A stretch of DNA of 55,346 nt. Origin: Nemertoderma westbladi (lineage: Eukaryota; Animalia; Xenacoelomorpha). The translations under genes and the position numbers were made by a program. Below the pieces are notes generated by a model, which saw nothing but the letters and a program-made list of their open reading frames with translations, was not told the DNA's origin and ran no database searches. Location: assembly GCA_032718475.1 (NCBI GenBank), contig JAUCBJ010006323.1, forward strand, positions 1 through 55,346. Direction: 5' to 3'. Positions 37,400 to 49,554 of this stretch are shown in pieces. Position 1 is the stretch's first letter; the number at the start of each line of letters is the position of its first letter.

Positions 37400-38330
37400 A
37401 GGTGTAGTCCAAATATTACTGCTAATGGATGACATGCTAATTTTATCTACTACCCGGCTTTTGCCATTGTTGAAATTAAATGCTTTACTTGACTACTGCA
37501 AGGAGTCAGGTATGGAAATTAATGAGAAAAAAACTTAAGTTCTTCGTCATCAATGCCAAGGCAAGTGATAAAATGCCCTTTGTTATTAATAACCTTGTTG
37601 TTAACTATTATGTAATAGTTATGTATATCTGGGTGTACCTATATGTTCAGATGGTAGTGTGCATAGTACAATTAATTTGCATCAGTTAAAGTGCGAGGCA
37701 ACGCTGTACTGTCCGGCCTGATTTACGGATATGAAGCTTGGTTATCAAAAAATACTTTACAAATAGAGAAATACTATTACAGAATGGTGAAAAGTTTACT
37801 TGGTGTTGTTAGGTCCCAGACACCTACCTACAGATGTTTGCTTAATAGAAATTGGTACTCCCACATTGAAGTATTTAATTATGCGAGAAAGGAAACGTTG
37901 TATGAGTAGAATGTTTAAAGTAGTAGATAGAGAGTTACCTTTTCACAAAGTGTTTAATCTATGCCGAAGCGCGAATTCACCAGGTTTCCGAATGTGCTAA
38001 CTGAGGCACAACATTTTGCAGATAACATCAATCCACTGGATGAGAACCGAAGTAGAATTATGTCTAAACCTTTGTCAGCTACAAAGTTTGTAACCTACCC
38101 TTAGTCAGTTTAACATTGCTTTAGTTCCGAATCCAATATATTTATGTCAGATACCTTTTGTGCCGGATTACTTACGTATTTATTTTACTCGATTGAGAGT
38201 TATGTCCCATAATTTGAAAATTGAGACTGGAAGGTGGTTAAGGCTGTCGAGAGAGAACCGTGTGTGTCGCTGTGATAACCAATCGGTGCAGACAGAGACA
38301 CACGTTCTTAACTTCATTGTCCCATTTCCA
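37400..38330 (+). mobile_element. Highly degraded non-LTR retrotransposon (RT C-terminal half plus Cys/His domain; RTEX/L2-like)
   Basis: LLLMDDMLIL...LLDYCKESGMEINEKKT, LIYGYEAW and RLRVMSHNLKIETGRW...RENRVCRC...ETHVL over several frames. Confidence 0.8.
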
Positions 38331-39178
38331 AACCGTTTCGTGTTACCCCCTATTTTCACACTAATCTTATTTTTTCATCATTACCGGAATAGTATAGAGT
38401 ATATAGATAGATAGTATGGATTAATTAAATTAGGTAAGATTATATTAGTTTGGATTATATTAATTAGGATTAAATTGTTTGTATTTGAAGTCATAATAAC
38501 TGGACGATATTTTTTATTGCCGTAATTGTTTATTTGTAAATGGTTGTTTTGATCTGTATAATTTCAATTTGAATTAGTTATTCTGTGCCGTAAAATTATT
38601 ATATATATATATATATTATTATGATATATCATTATGATTATATTATTATATATATTTCGTGGAAAAATACGTCAATAAACATATATATATATATATGTAC
38701 CACGACTGCAGTATTTCACAGAGATGAGTTCTAATTCTAAAATCCCCGAATATAATTAAGTTCTTTAATTCCATTTCTAACAACATCTGTGATCTGTGAT
38801 TGGTCTCACTTATTATCAGAGGCATGCCACAGTACTATTATTTAAACAGATTGGTACCATAGATCCTAAGCTATTTTAATATTTAAGGTACGATAAATGA
38901 TTTAGTTAATTAATTGTAAATTATTAGTGTTTATAAATTTGTATAAAAATATTTTTTTAAATATTTAATTATATGATAATTGCTGTTACTTTATAATTTT
39001 TAATGTGGTAATTATTTCTTAATTAATTCTAATTAATTATTTATTGGCCTTATTTTCCACAATTGTTTAGTTTCATACTGTTTTTTTTATTTATCAATTG
39101 ACTTTTTTTTTCTTTGTATAATTTTATCGTAGGCCTATTTATTTACCTCCTTTTTTTCACAGCGTTTCTCCTACAAAG

Positions 39179-39242
39179 ATGAATGAACACAAGTTATCAA
39201 ATAATAAAATCGATGTGATTTTCCTCTTCTTGGTTATTTTAT
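39179..39242 (+). CDS. Ig-superfamily gene, putative signal-peptide exon
   Basis: Acceptor cctcctttttttcacag before 39163, ATG at 39179, MNEHKLSNNKIDVIFLFLVIL, phase-1 donor GTAAGT. Splicing to 53126 gives ...IFLFLVILCGHSEA|IQSY, a plausible signal cleavage site. The link across a 13.9 kb intron is inferred. Confidence 0.7.
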
Positions 39243-39494
39243 GTAAGTTGAACCTTAGCATAATAAAATATTGTAATAATATTAAATTCAAATTGTTTAT
39301 TAAAACTGGACTGATTTTTCCATTATTATATTATTTTCTCATTGCTGGTGAATAGGTCTTTATAGTTAAATTTAGTGTTACAGGTAAGTATTTTATATAT
39401 GGAGGCGAAAATAAAAAAATCTAACATAACTTTTCTTTGTACTGTACATACATGCTTTTTTCCTCATGATATATAAAGAATGCACCAATCCGTA

Positions 39495-39597
39495 ATGACA
39501 CTCTTATTAATTTTTTAAACATATCCCACACTGGTAAAACCGAGCATCACACTTCAGAAACAACTTCCATCGACTTCCTGGACACTGATGTACCCAG
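39495..39597 (+). mobile_element. Small Penelope-like RT fragment
   Basis: TLINFLNISH...TSETTSIDFLDTDV resembles the F..LN..H....FT...S...I.FLD..V region of Penelope-like RTs. Confidence 0.4.
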
Positions 39598-39619
39598 TTG
39601 TGTCATGATGGTTAATGAG

Positions 39620-39880
39620 TAAGTGTTAGAAACACGAAACACTGGAGGAAACCCGAAGGATCATCTCTCTTGGCTGTTACCTATAAGGCAGGGTAGGGCA
39701 CCACACTAACTCCCAAGGATGAACACTCCGTAACTATTCAACCCTTTCTACTAACCTATATCAGAAACCAGGTCCCATATCTCTGTGTTGGAGCGCCAGT
39801 TACGAAATAGTAACTGGCTAGGCATGGGAACGAACTCATGACCTCCCAGCTAGAAGGAATGCGAATGACCACTCCACTAT
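39620..39880 (-). mobile_element. tRNA-derived SINE
   Basis: Minus strand has an A-box-like TAGTGGAGTGGTC and a B-box-like GAGTTCGTTCCC, followed by a non-tRNA body. Confidence 0.55.
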
Positions 39881-40055
39881 AGTGGAACACCGGTTACACG
39901 CCGATCTATATGTATTGGGAAGGATTAGAGCCTCATGATTTAGGGTTAGGGTTCAATTACTGCTTTAATTGTGGTTAGTGTCCGACCAACAAACCCTAGA
40001 ACCTAAAATACAAACCAATATCCCAGTCATTAAGTAACCCAAGTCAGCCAAGTAA

Positions 40056-40345
40056 CGCCCATGTGAAGAATACCAGGATTTCACTTTTCGGTCGACTTTT
40101 TATTGGAATTTTATATATATGAAGATTTTTTATTTTTATTAATTTATCTTTATTAAGTGTTTTATAACGCTTATTTCTGTCTTATAACCTGTACATATAC
40201 TAATTGGTTTATTGTTTTGGTTAGATTCAGCCCTACTGTACTGTAACCTGTGTTTTTGGTGAAAACCTGGTATTCTTCACATGGGGGGTAACTGCAAAGT
40301 TAAATGTATATAACGGCAGAAAGTCTGGTATTCTTCACATGGGCC
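40056..40345 (-). mobile_element. MITE family A, copy 3 (full length)
   Basis: 20-bp TIR GCCCATGTGAAGAATACCAG plus an internal third copy; flanks CCAAGTAA / CCTAGTAA. Confidence 0.85.
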
Positions 40346-40798
40346 CCTAGTAAAATAAGGTTGTTTGTTTTCCATATAAATATGGGGCCACAAGTGTGAT
40401 AGTGCGGATCAAGCAACCAACAAACATGGTTGACCAAAAAATACCGATAGAATTCTCCCTTCGTATACTCTCGCTCATTTTAATTGATATACTTTGTAAT
40501 TAATTAATTAATTACAACCCACTTGTTGCTGATGAGTTTCTTTCAAGGGCACGTCATAGGGCAAAACAAAGCGTAGTTTTATTCCATAATATTGCTTTTC
40601 CACCTCCCATCCCATGTTCTGAGTAAACCATTAGTACCGATAGAGAAGTATAGGGCCTCCACTCCACAGGGATGCATTCATACACACACATCGCTCCCAG
40701 GTAGTGCCGTTACGTTTGGAGAAGCGAGATGTATGCTAGTACCAGTAGGCCTAAATTGAAAATAAGTTGCATTTCTTTCCTACGTGTGTTATAAAAAT

Positions 40799-40936
40799 AA
40801 CGGATATCCGACAAAAGTCTAACGGATATCCGACAAAAGTCTTAAACTGATATCCGACAAAATTCTAACGCGGATATCCGACAAAATTCTAACGGATATC
40901 CAACAAAACTACCCGACAAAAGTCTAACGGATATCC
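40799..40936. repeat. 22-bp tandem repeat (AACGGATATCCGACAAAAGTCT), about 6 copies
   Basis: Direct reading. Confidence 0.85.
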
Positions 40937-42109
40937 CACATCCACAAATACACATTCCTTACTCATTAAGTGTAAGTTTTGCATTATTCATTTCATGTCA
41001 GTAGAGAGAGTATCTATCTGTATTACTTTAGAATTCTCACATCTTCTCTGACCCAAATCTACAAAGACTTTTAATTGGATCGTGATGTTAATCAACATGT
41101 AACACATCTGACTCAATCTCTGTCCCCTGCACGTTATCCATTCCACCGTGGGAAGCTTTGCTACTACGAGTTGTATTCATAAGACCTTGTACAGGTACCG
41201 GTACCGGCTTTATTGTTGTAGGCTGTTTATCTTGGAGCCGAAATTTGGCGCGATTTGTTAACAAAAGCTTCTATTGTCGACTCATTGAAGCCTAATTATA
41301 AGTTTGGCTGTTTCCCCAGCGACGCGAGCTGTGGGGGAATGATTGGAATTCGTGTAATTAATTACGTTTATGAAAGTTGGCCTGCTACTCAGACTCAGAG
41401 CGTTGTTGTTCGTATCGAATTAAACATTGAAATACTATAACCCACAGATTGATTTGATATTTGTAAAATAAAAGTAAAAGTATAATAAAAGTTATAAAGT
41501 ACTACGGGGCAGCCCAGAAAGAATTGGCTACTGACCGGACCCCAGAAACATCAGAAGAATTCATTTTTGAATAACTTATTGAAATGAGAACGATAATTTC
41601 TTGGAATCCTCCGAAGTCAGATCCGAGTTGTTGGTTTAATTATCTATTAATTTTGTATCATTGGTTGTAAACTCAGTAAAAGTATTTAAGTAAATACGGG
41701 CGTGCTTAATTTGGCTTGTGTTTTTCAAATTTCTTAAATAAACATAAAATTCTTCTTATTAATTTACAGTTCTGAATAAAATCGGTAATTCGAAAAGCCA
41801 AATTCTACATTGTTGTCGATAAAAACACCTTATCCGAATACTGTGATATATTACAATAGAATACATCTAGTGAGTTTCCGTGACAACCAAATTAATAGAC
41901 ACTTAGTAACATCTAAGTTAGGACACTGCCTTGTCTTTCGGAAGATGCCACGAAATTGCATTTTGAAAAAAAAATTTAAAATATGAAATCGTATCAAATT
42001 TTATACCAAGAATATGTTTATAATTGTTAAACGTTATATATATATTTATTGTCATCATTATTATCACTAGGCCTATATTAATAAATAATTTTTTATTCAT
42101 TAGAAAAGA

Positions 42110-42295
42110 CTATTATTCGATTTTCACTCACTTTAGCGAAATTCAACTATTCTGTCCGAGTGGTTGAGTTTTACAAGAGTTGGCAGGTTTTTAGCACGAG
42201 CGAAGCGACTGTTAAAATACCAACGAGTTGAAAACTCAACACACGAGGGCAGAAAAACTTAATTTTGCTAAAGAAAATGAGTGGAAAATAGTGTT
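42110..42295. repeat. Imperfect hairpin of about 185 bp with CGAGCGAAGCGA at its apex, followed by AAATTAGT-rich subrepeats
   Basis: ttttcactca..ctttagcgaaatt...gttgagtttt is mirrored by aaaactcaac...aattttgctaaag...tgagtggaaaa. Confidence 0.65.
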
Positions 42296-42599
42296 TTCCG
42301 TTACGTTATTATATCGAATATATTGTTTTATTTGAAAAAAGTCAATTAGTTAATAAAAAAAATACTTTTTTAACTAATTTTCCATAAAATTAGTTACAAA
42401 AAACTTTTTTAAAAATTTTTTAAACTAATTTTCCGAAAAAATTAGTTAATAAATGACTTTTTTTTAACTAATTTTCTGGGAAATTAGTGAAAAAAAGTTA
42501 GATTCTTTAACTCAATTTTAAAAATATTAGTGAGAAAAATAGCCTTTTTCAAATAAAAAACCTGTTTGCTAATTCTGTGGATAATTAAAATATTCAATC

Positions 42600-42930
42600 C
42601 GATAGAAAGAACCCACAACAAGTACTGGTTACAAAAATTAATTATTGTAAAATAAAGATTTCTTCGCCCGTAACACCAGACATTATACTCACAAAATCTG
42701 ACGACTTATTTCTAATGCGGTCCCCCCAGAACTATACTCCCCAGAGGAAACTTCAGTACTCATTTAGCTACCACTTAAGGATGCAAGGCAGAGATGCGCC
42801 TTGGCTGGTCCCTTTAAAGCATTCGTGACGAAACGAAAACTCCCCTAGCTACCATGCAGGGTTCGAACCCACGACCTACGGCCGAGAGATTTGACTACAT
42901 GTGAACTCCATTTAACCACCACATCATTCG
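42600..42930 (-). mobile_element. tRNA-derived SINE sharing the central GCCTTNCATCCTT..GTGGT..TAAATGAGTAC domain
   Basis: B-box GGTTCGAACCC near 42858-42869; central domain at 42754-42790 on the minus strand. Confidence 0.65.
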
Positions 42931-43114
42931 GTAGAAATGAATTAAGAATTGGTGGAATTTCAATTTGAGCATGTGAACGTGAACCTTACTGAAAATTATA
43001 AATACTATTATTATTATTATATTTAAAAACAATTATATGTATAGTTGATTCACTATCTATACACACACTGTAAGCGTGAAGGCCTATAGAAAGTAAGGTA
43101 AAATATGTTAAAGC

Positions 43115-43255
43115 GGGGAGATTAAATATTAAAGATGTTGAAGGCCGACACGCGCTGGTGAAGTTCAAATAGAACCATAGAAACATATGGACCTGTTGAA
43201 AAATTAACGCTGGGACCGGGATTCGAACCAGGGACCTTTCGTCGTGTAGACCTAT
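43115..43255 (-). mobile_element. tRNA-derived SINE fragment
   Basis: Minus strand reads GGTCCCTGGTTCGAATCCCGGT (T-arm/B-box) followed by a non-tRNA body. Confidence 0.6.
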
Positions 43256-43290
43256 AATGGGAACCTGGCTTTGCTGGGGTAATGATAATA

Positions 43291-43360
43291 AAAGCGCTTT
43301 GAGTATGCTGAGCGTAGAAAAGCGCTATATAAATAACCAATATTATTATTTATTTATTAT
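43291..43360 (+). mobile_element. L2-type LINE/SINE 3' tail
   Basis: AAGCGCTTTGAG...AAAAGCGCTATATAAAT...(ATT)n. Confidence 0.55.
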
Positions 43361-43452
43361 TAGACCTACTTTTTACGTGTCCCTTACGGCTTGGTTTCTC
43401 CCATGTGCGCTCTATTTATTACCCTACATTTACGCAGCAATGTGCTTCCTGC

Positions 43453-44144
43453 TAAACTACCTGAGAATCCTCGGTCTACATTATATAATCATTATTTACC
43501 AGGAACTTACTCAATTATATGAAAGTATGTATCAATTTGATTATATTGTGTAGTAAATAGTTCATTAAATAGAAAAAAAAATAAAAATTAGTTAAAAAGG
43601 TAAAAAATTAGTTAAAAAAGTTAAAATTAGTTAAAAATAGTAAAAAAATTAGTTTAAAAAGACTTTTTTAAACTAATTTTCTGTAAATTAGTGAAAAAAA
43701 GTTAGATTAATTAACTCAATCTTTATAATATTAGTGAGAAAAAGAGCCTTTTTCAAATAAAACTTTATTTTTATTAGAGGTTTATAGCTATGCGCCAATA
43801 AACTACCTGAGAATCCTCGGTCTACATTATATAATCATTATTTACCAGGAACTTACTCAATTATATGAAAGTATGTATCAATTTGATTATATTGTGTAGT
43901 AAATAGTTCATTAAATAGAAAAAAAAATAAAAATTAGTTAAAAAGGTAAAAAATTAGTTAAAAAAGTTAAAATTAGTTAAAAATAGTAAAAAAATTAGTT
44001 TAAAAAGACTTTTTTAAACTAATTTTCTGTAAATTAGTGAAAAAAAGTTAGATTAATTAACTCAATCTTTATAATATTAGTGAGAAAAAGAGCCTTTTTC
44101 AAATAAAACTTTATTTTTATTAGAGGTTTATAGCTATGCGCCAA
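43453..44144. repeat. Apparently perfect tandem duplication of 346 bp
   Basis: 43453-43798 matches 43799-44144 by eye. Confidence 0.92.
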
Positions 44145-45599
44145 TTCCAACTAGGAACCGATTTATTCACCGATAAATTCAAATTGTACATTACATTTGT
44201 TGCACTTTTTCTTCAAAATTGTCACTCTTATACACGTGGTATAATATCATCACATAATGTAGCCCAGGGAGAAACTTTTTGTAAGGGAAAGTAGCGTTTC
44301 TAATCAAAACAGTAAACGAAATTTAGAGTCGACTATATACAGTTTAGTTAGGAAATGAATTTCTTTGGTAATAATTTTCAATATTATTTTTGCCAAGACA
44401 CTCACCAATACTATGGTAATTCTGTACAACCGTACTGGGGTGTTTGTACTGTAATTCGATGTGGCGTTGCGAAAAAAACAAAAACCGATTCGCTCTCTAG
44501 GTGGTGTCTTTTATCAAACCGTTAAACCATTAATAATACTTGAAACGGTCCCCCAGTTACAATTGAGTCCCCATTAGTTGCAATTGAGTACTGCCAAACG
44601 GGATAGCAACGGGAATAAGAAGGCCTCATACTTTACTAACTAAACCGTGGGTCGTGCCATATGGTACCATACGATGGTTGGTGGTTCCCTTAATCGTAAT
44701 CTACTATTCGGTGATTCGTGTTAACTTAGAGCGGTGTTGAGAGCATTTCAGGGCAGAGACAAATCATTTGGGGGGCAAACTTAAACTGTCTCGGTAAGGC
44801 CACCTCCGTATATTTCTAGGGGCCAATAAAATCGAAACTCCCCCTATTTCCTGGACTAACTGACTGCAGTATACCGGTATGGTAGCGGTAATTTCAGCTA
44901 CTCCGAAAAAGCGAATTAATTCTCCTGTAATACAATAGAGTGTCACGTGACCAAGTGTGTGTTCCTGGTATTTCCAAAGGCCAATAATATTGGCCCTTAT
45001 GAGTAACCGTGTGCTCCATTTTACCTGGGGGTTTTGAGGCTCGTGGCCAGTCTGGGCTACCCCTCTCTCTGCCTGAATGATGCCTATCTATGATTGTGTT
45101 ATGTTGTCTAAATAGCTTTCTCTCTCTCTCTACATGATAATTAATTATCCCGGAGATTTCAATAACTTGATCACCTTGTCACCATAACTAACTGAGAAGT
45201 GAAGAAAGAGATATAAAATAAACTCGACTATTGTGTGTAGAACCTGTTTAGAGTGCTCGCCAAGCTGTTAATGTTTCCAGCGTGACTCATGATGAGTAAG
45301 CCTTATTATTGCTAGTATACCTGCATTTCCATTTAGCGGTATTTTTTACAACCACAACATTATACGGAAGTATTGCACTCTCATACTTGATGTTTAGTCA
45401 TTAAGCTGACTGCTATTACATTTAATAGTGATAGCAGCCTAGTCATATATGTTTCCATGCAAACAGTTAGAAAACACCATCAAATAATCCAAACAAAACA
45501 AGTTACAATCCAAACATTTACAATGCACCATGTACGCAAATAGTTACAACACGCCATGCATCAAATATCCTAGCAAGTTTCAGGTTACAAGAAATCAAA

Positions 45600-48130
45600 G
45601 TAACATTCCTGAGCTTCCAATTAGGGGGACCTGGTTCGATCCCTTGATAGGGCAGCACTATTTGGGCACAGCGCTTTAAATGCTGCAGCCTACTAGCCCA
45701 ACCCCGGCTTTCATCCTTCAATGGTCGATAAATGGGTACCAAGGCAACTTGGGAAACAGAGTGGATGGGTTTACTGTGGAAGATCACCCATGGTGGTGAA
45801 CAGGTATTCCTTCAGGAAACAGAGTGGAAGGGTTTACTGTGGGAGATCGATCACCCATGGTGGTGAACAGGTATTCCTTCAGGAAACAGAGTGGAAGGGT
45901 TTACTGTGGAAGATCACCCATGGTGGTGAACAGGTATTCCTTCAGGAAACAGAGTGGAAGGGTTTACTGTGGAAGATCACCCATGGCGGTGAACAGGTAT
46001 TCCTTCAGGAAACAGAGTGGAAGGGTTTACTGTGGGAGATCGATCACCCATGGTGGTGAACAGGCATTCCTTTAGGGAACATAGTGGAAGAGTTTACTGT
46101 GGAAGATCACCCATGGTGGTGAACAGGCATTCCTTTAGGGAACATAGTGGAAGGGTTTACTGTGGAAGATTACCCATGGTGGTGAACAGGCATTCCTTTA
46201 GGAAACAGAGTGGAAGGGTTTACAGTGGAAGATCACCCATGGTGGTGAACAGGCATTCCTTTAGGGAACATAGTGGAAGGGTTTACTGTGGAAGATTACC
46301 CATGGTGGTGAACAGGCATTCCTTTAGGGAACATAGTGGAAGGGTTTACTGTGGAAGATTACCCATGGTGGTGAACAGGCATTCCTTTAGGAAACAGAGT
46401 GGAAGGGTTTACAGTGGAAGATCACCCATGGTGGTGAACAGGCATTCCTTTAGGGAACATAGTGGAAGGGTTTACTGTGGAAGATTACCCATGGTGGTGA
46501 ACAGGCATTCCTTTAGGAAACAGAGTGGAAGGGTTTACAGTGGAAGATCACCCATGGTGGTGAACAGGCATTCCTTTAGGGAACATAGTGGAAGGGTTTA
46601 CCATGGAAGATCACCCATGGTGGTGAACAGGCATTCCTTTAGGGAACATAGTGGAAGGGTTTATTGTGGAAGAATACCCATGGTGGTGAACAGGCATTCC
46701 TTTAGGAAACAGAGTGGAAGGGTTTACAGTGGAAGATCACCCATGGTGGTGTACAGGCATTCCTTTAGGGAACATAGTGGAAGGGTTTACCATGGAAGAT
46801 CACCCATGGTGGTGAACAGGCATTCCTTTAGGGAACATAGTGGAAGGGTTTACCATGGAAGATCACCCATGGTGGTGAACAGGCATTCCTTTAGGGAACA
46901 TAGTGGAAGGGTTTACAGTGGAAGATCACCCATGATCGTGAACAGACATTCCTTTTGGAAACAGAGTGGAAGGGTTCACTGTGGAAGATCACCCATGGTG
47001 GTGAACAGGCATTCCTTTAGGGAACATAGTGGAAGGGTTTACTGTGGAAGATTACCCATGGTGGTGAACAGGCATTCCTTTAGGAAACAGAGTGGAAGGG
47101 TTTACTGTGGGAGATCACCCATGGTGGTGAACAGGCATTCCTTTAGGAAACAGAGTGGAAGGGTTTACTGTGGGAGATCACCCATGGTGGTGAACAGGCA
47201 TTCCTTTAGGAAACAGAGTGGAAGGGTTTACTGTGGGAGATCGATCACCCATGGTGGTGTACAGGCATTCCTTTTGGAAACAGAGTGGAAGAGTTTACTG
47301 TGGGAGATCACCCATGGTGGTGAACAGGCATTCCTTTAGGAAACGGAGTGGAAGGGTTTACTGTGGAAGATTACCCATAGTGGTGAACAGGCATTCCTTT
47401 AGGAAACAGAGTGGAAGGTTTTACTGTGGGAGATCACCCATGGTGGTGAACAGGCATTCCTTTAGGAAACGGAGTGGAAGGGTTTACTGTGGAAGATCAC
47501 CCATGGTGGTGAACAGGCATCCCTTTAGGAAACAGAGTGGAAGGTTTTACTGTGGAAGATCTCCCATGGTGGTGAACAGGCATTCCTTTAGGAACCAGAG
47601 TGGAAGGGTTTACTGTGGAAGATCACCCATGGTGGTGAACAGGCATCCCTTTAGGAAACAGAGTGGAAGGTTTTACTGTGGAAGATCACCCATGGTGGTG
47701 AACAGGCATCCCTTTAGGAAACAGAGTGGAAGGTTTTACTGTGGAAGATCTCCCATGGTGGTGAACAGGCATTCCTTTAGGAACCAGAGTGGAAGGGTTT
47801 ACTGTGGAAGATCACCCATGGTGGTGAACAGGCATCCCTTTAGGAAACAGAGTGGAAGGTTTTACTGTGGAAGATCACCCATGGTGGTGAACAGGCATCC
47901 CTTTAGGAAACAGAGTGGAAGGGTTTACTGTGGAAGATCACCCATGGTGGTGAACAGGCATCCCTTTAGGAAACAGAGTGGAAGGTTTTACTGTGGAAGA
48001 TCACCGATGGTGGTGAACAGGCATCCCTTTAGGAAACAGAGTGAAAGGTTTTACTGTGGAAGATCACCCATGGTGGTGAACAGGCATATTCCTTGGCTTA
48101 ACGAGCCTATAAGATTCTCCCATTCATATT
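45600..48130 (+). mobile_element. tRNA-derived SINE containing an internal 63-bp tandem array
   Basis: Head and central domain (45600-45750) and tail (ttggcttaacgagccta.aagattctcccatt, 48092-48124) match the monomeric SINE at 10396-10597. Confidence 0.9.
45752..48090 (+). repeat. 63-bp SINE-derived tandem array, about 37 units
   Basis: Unit GGAAACAGAGTGGAAGGGTTTACTGTGGAAGATCACCCATGGTGGTGAACAGGCATTCCTTTA; occasional 67-bp +GATC variants. Confidence 0.97.
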
Positions 48131-49274
48131 CCTAACAAGTCCAATTCTATAATCAACACTTATCACTCACTCACTCAATGGCATTTAATTTAATCTCCTT
48201 TTTTATCTTAATTTTCAATCCGTATGTCTGTACGGAATGCGATTTTTGCTAAAGTATGATATAATATTTTTTGTATAATATTATATATTTGTAATTCTTC
48301 TATTAAATTAACAACGTTCTCCACCCCCCAATGTTTCTGCTGAATATTATATTAATCAATAAGAACCGTATAAATAAATAATGGATCATTTTTTGAGGAA
48401 TACAGAACTAAGAAACTGTGTTATTATAATTGAATATGCACATTATTGGCAGGCTTGACATAAAGCACCACCTGCTTAGGAGCCAGTTACCAATGTTAGG
48501 AAATCGATTCCTTGTGTTTCTGTACTGTGCAGGTGTTCATATGTTGTGTACCCCTAAGATGGACACCCCCCCCCCCCCCCCCCCCCCCCCCCCTTTCCCA
48601 TACATATATACATTGTATATAATATCCATATATTTACATATTATTATCAATATTGTCCATGATGCTTTACTCATACGCATAAATATATACACCGAAATAT
48701 TAACGTTCTAGAAAATAAGAATGGGGGGGGGGGGGGGGGGGGGGGGGTGGTGGTAACTCCGCGCAAAATTCTTGTTTAACCAATTTTTTTCATATATGAA
48801 GCTTTAACCTGGAGTAATAGTTAGTTATTTATAAGAGCCTTCTGGTCGCCCCCGGCTTCGGCCGACTGTTTGCCTGCGTGCTTGCTTGAATATTTTAGTG
48901 ATTATCCTGTTAAAATTTAGTGAAAAATGATTATATTTAGTAGGTCGATAAATGACAGCCATTTAAAATTTGCCAATTTTCCAACACATTTCTAAATCCG
49001 GCGAAGTAAGTCTCTCATGTATTAACTAATCTGCCAATATTTTCCTGTTTGGGTCCATCATTGTCCATGAATCGAATTCCAACACAGTTTAGTCACATAA
49101 TGAGAAAGGGCCAAAATAATTAAATGATTACGTCACCTTCATACCAGGTATAATTACTAACCAATCACAGTGTAGCTGATATGGTTATATTAATTGGAGA
49201 CGGATCTAACCTATTCATTTTAGTTTCACATTAATTTGTATACAAAATTATGTTTCTATACCTAGCCGACTTGT

Positions 49275-49554
49275 GGCCCATGTGAAGTATACCAGACGTT
49301 CTGCCGTTATATTTCACTTTGCAGTTTACCCCCACGTGAATAATACCAAGTTTTCACCAAAAACCCAGGTTACAGAAGGGCTGAATCTAACCAAAACAAT
49401 AAACGAATTAGTATATGTACAGGTTATAAGACATTAATAAGCGCTATAAAACACTTAATAAAGATAAATTAAAAAAAAATAAAAAATCTTCGTATATAAA
49501 ATTCCAATAAAAAGTCGACCGAAAAGTGAAATCCTGGTATTCTTCAAATGGGCG
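49275..49554 (+). mobile_element. MITE family A, copy 4 (full length)
   Basis: Reverse complement of 40056-40345. Confidence 0.85.
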
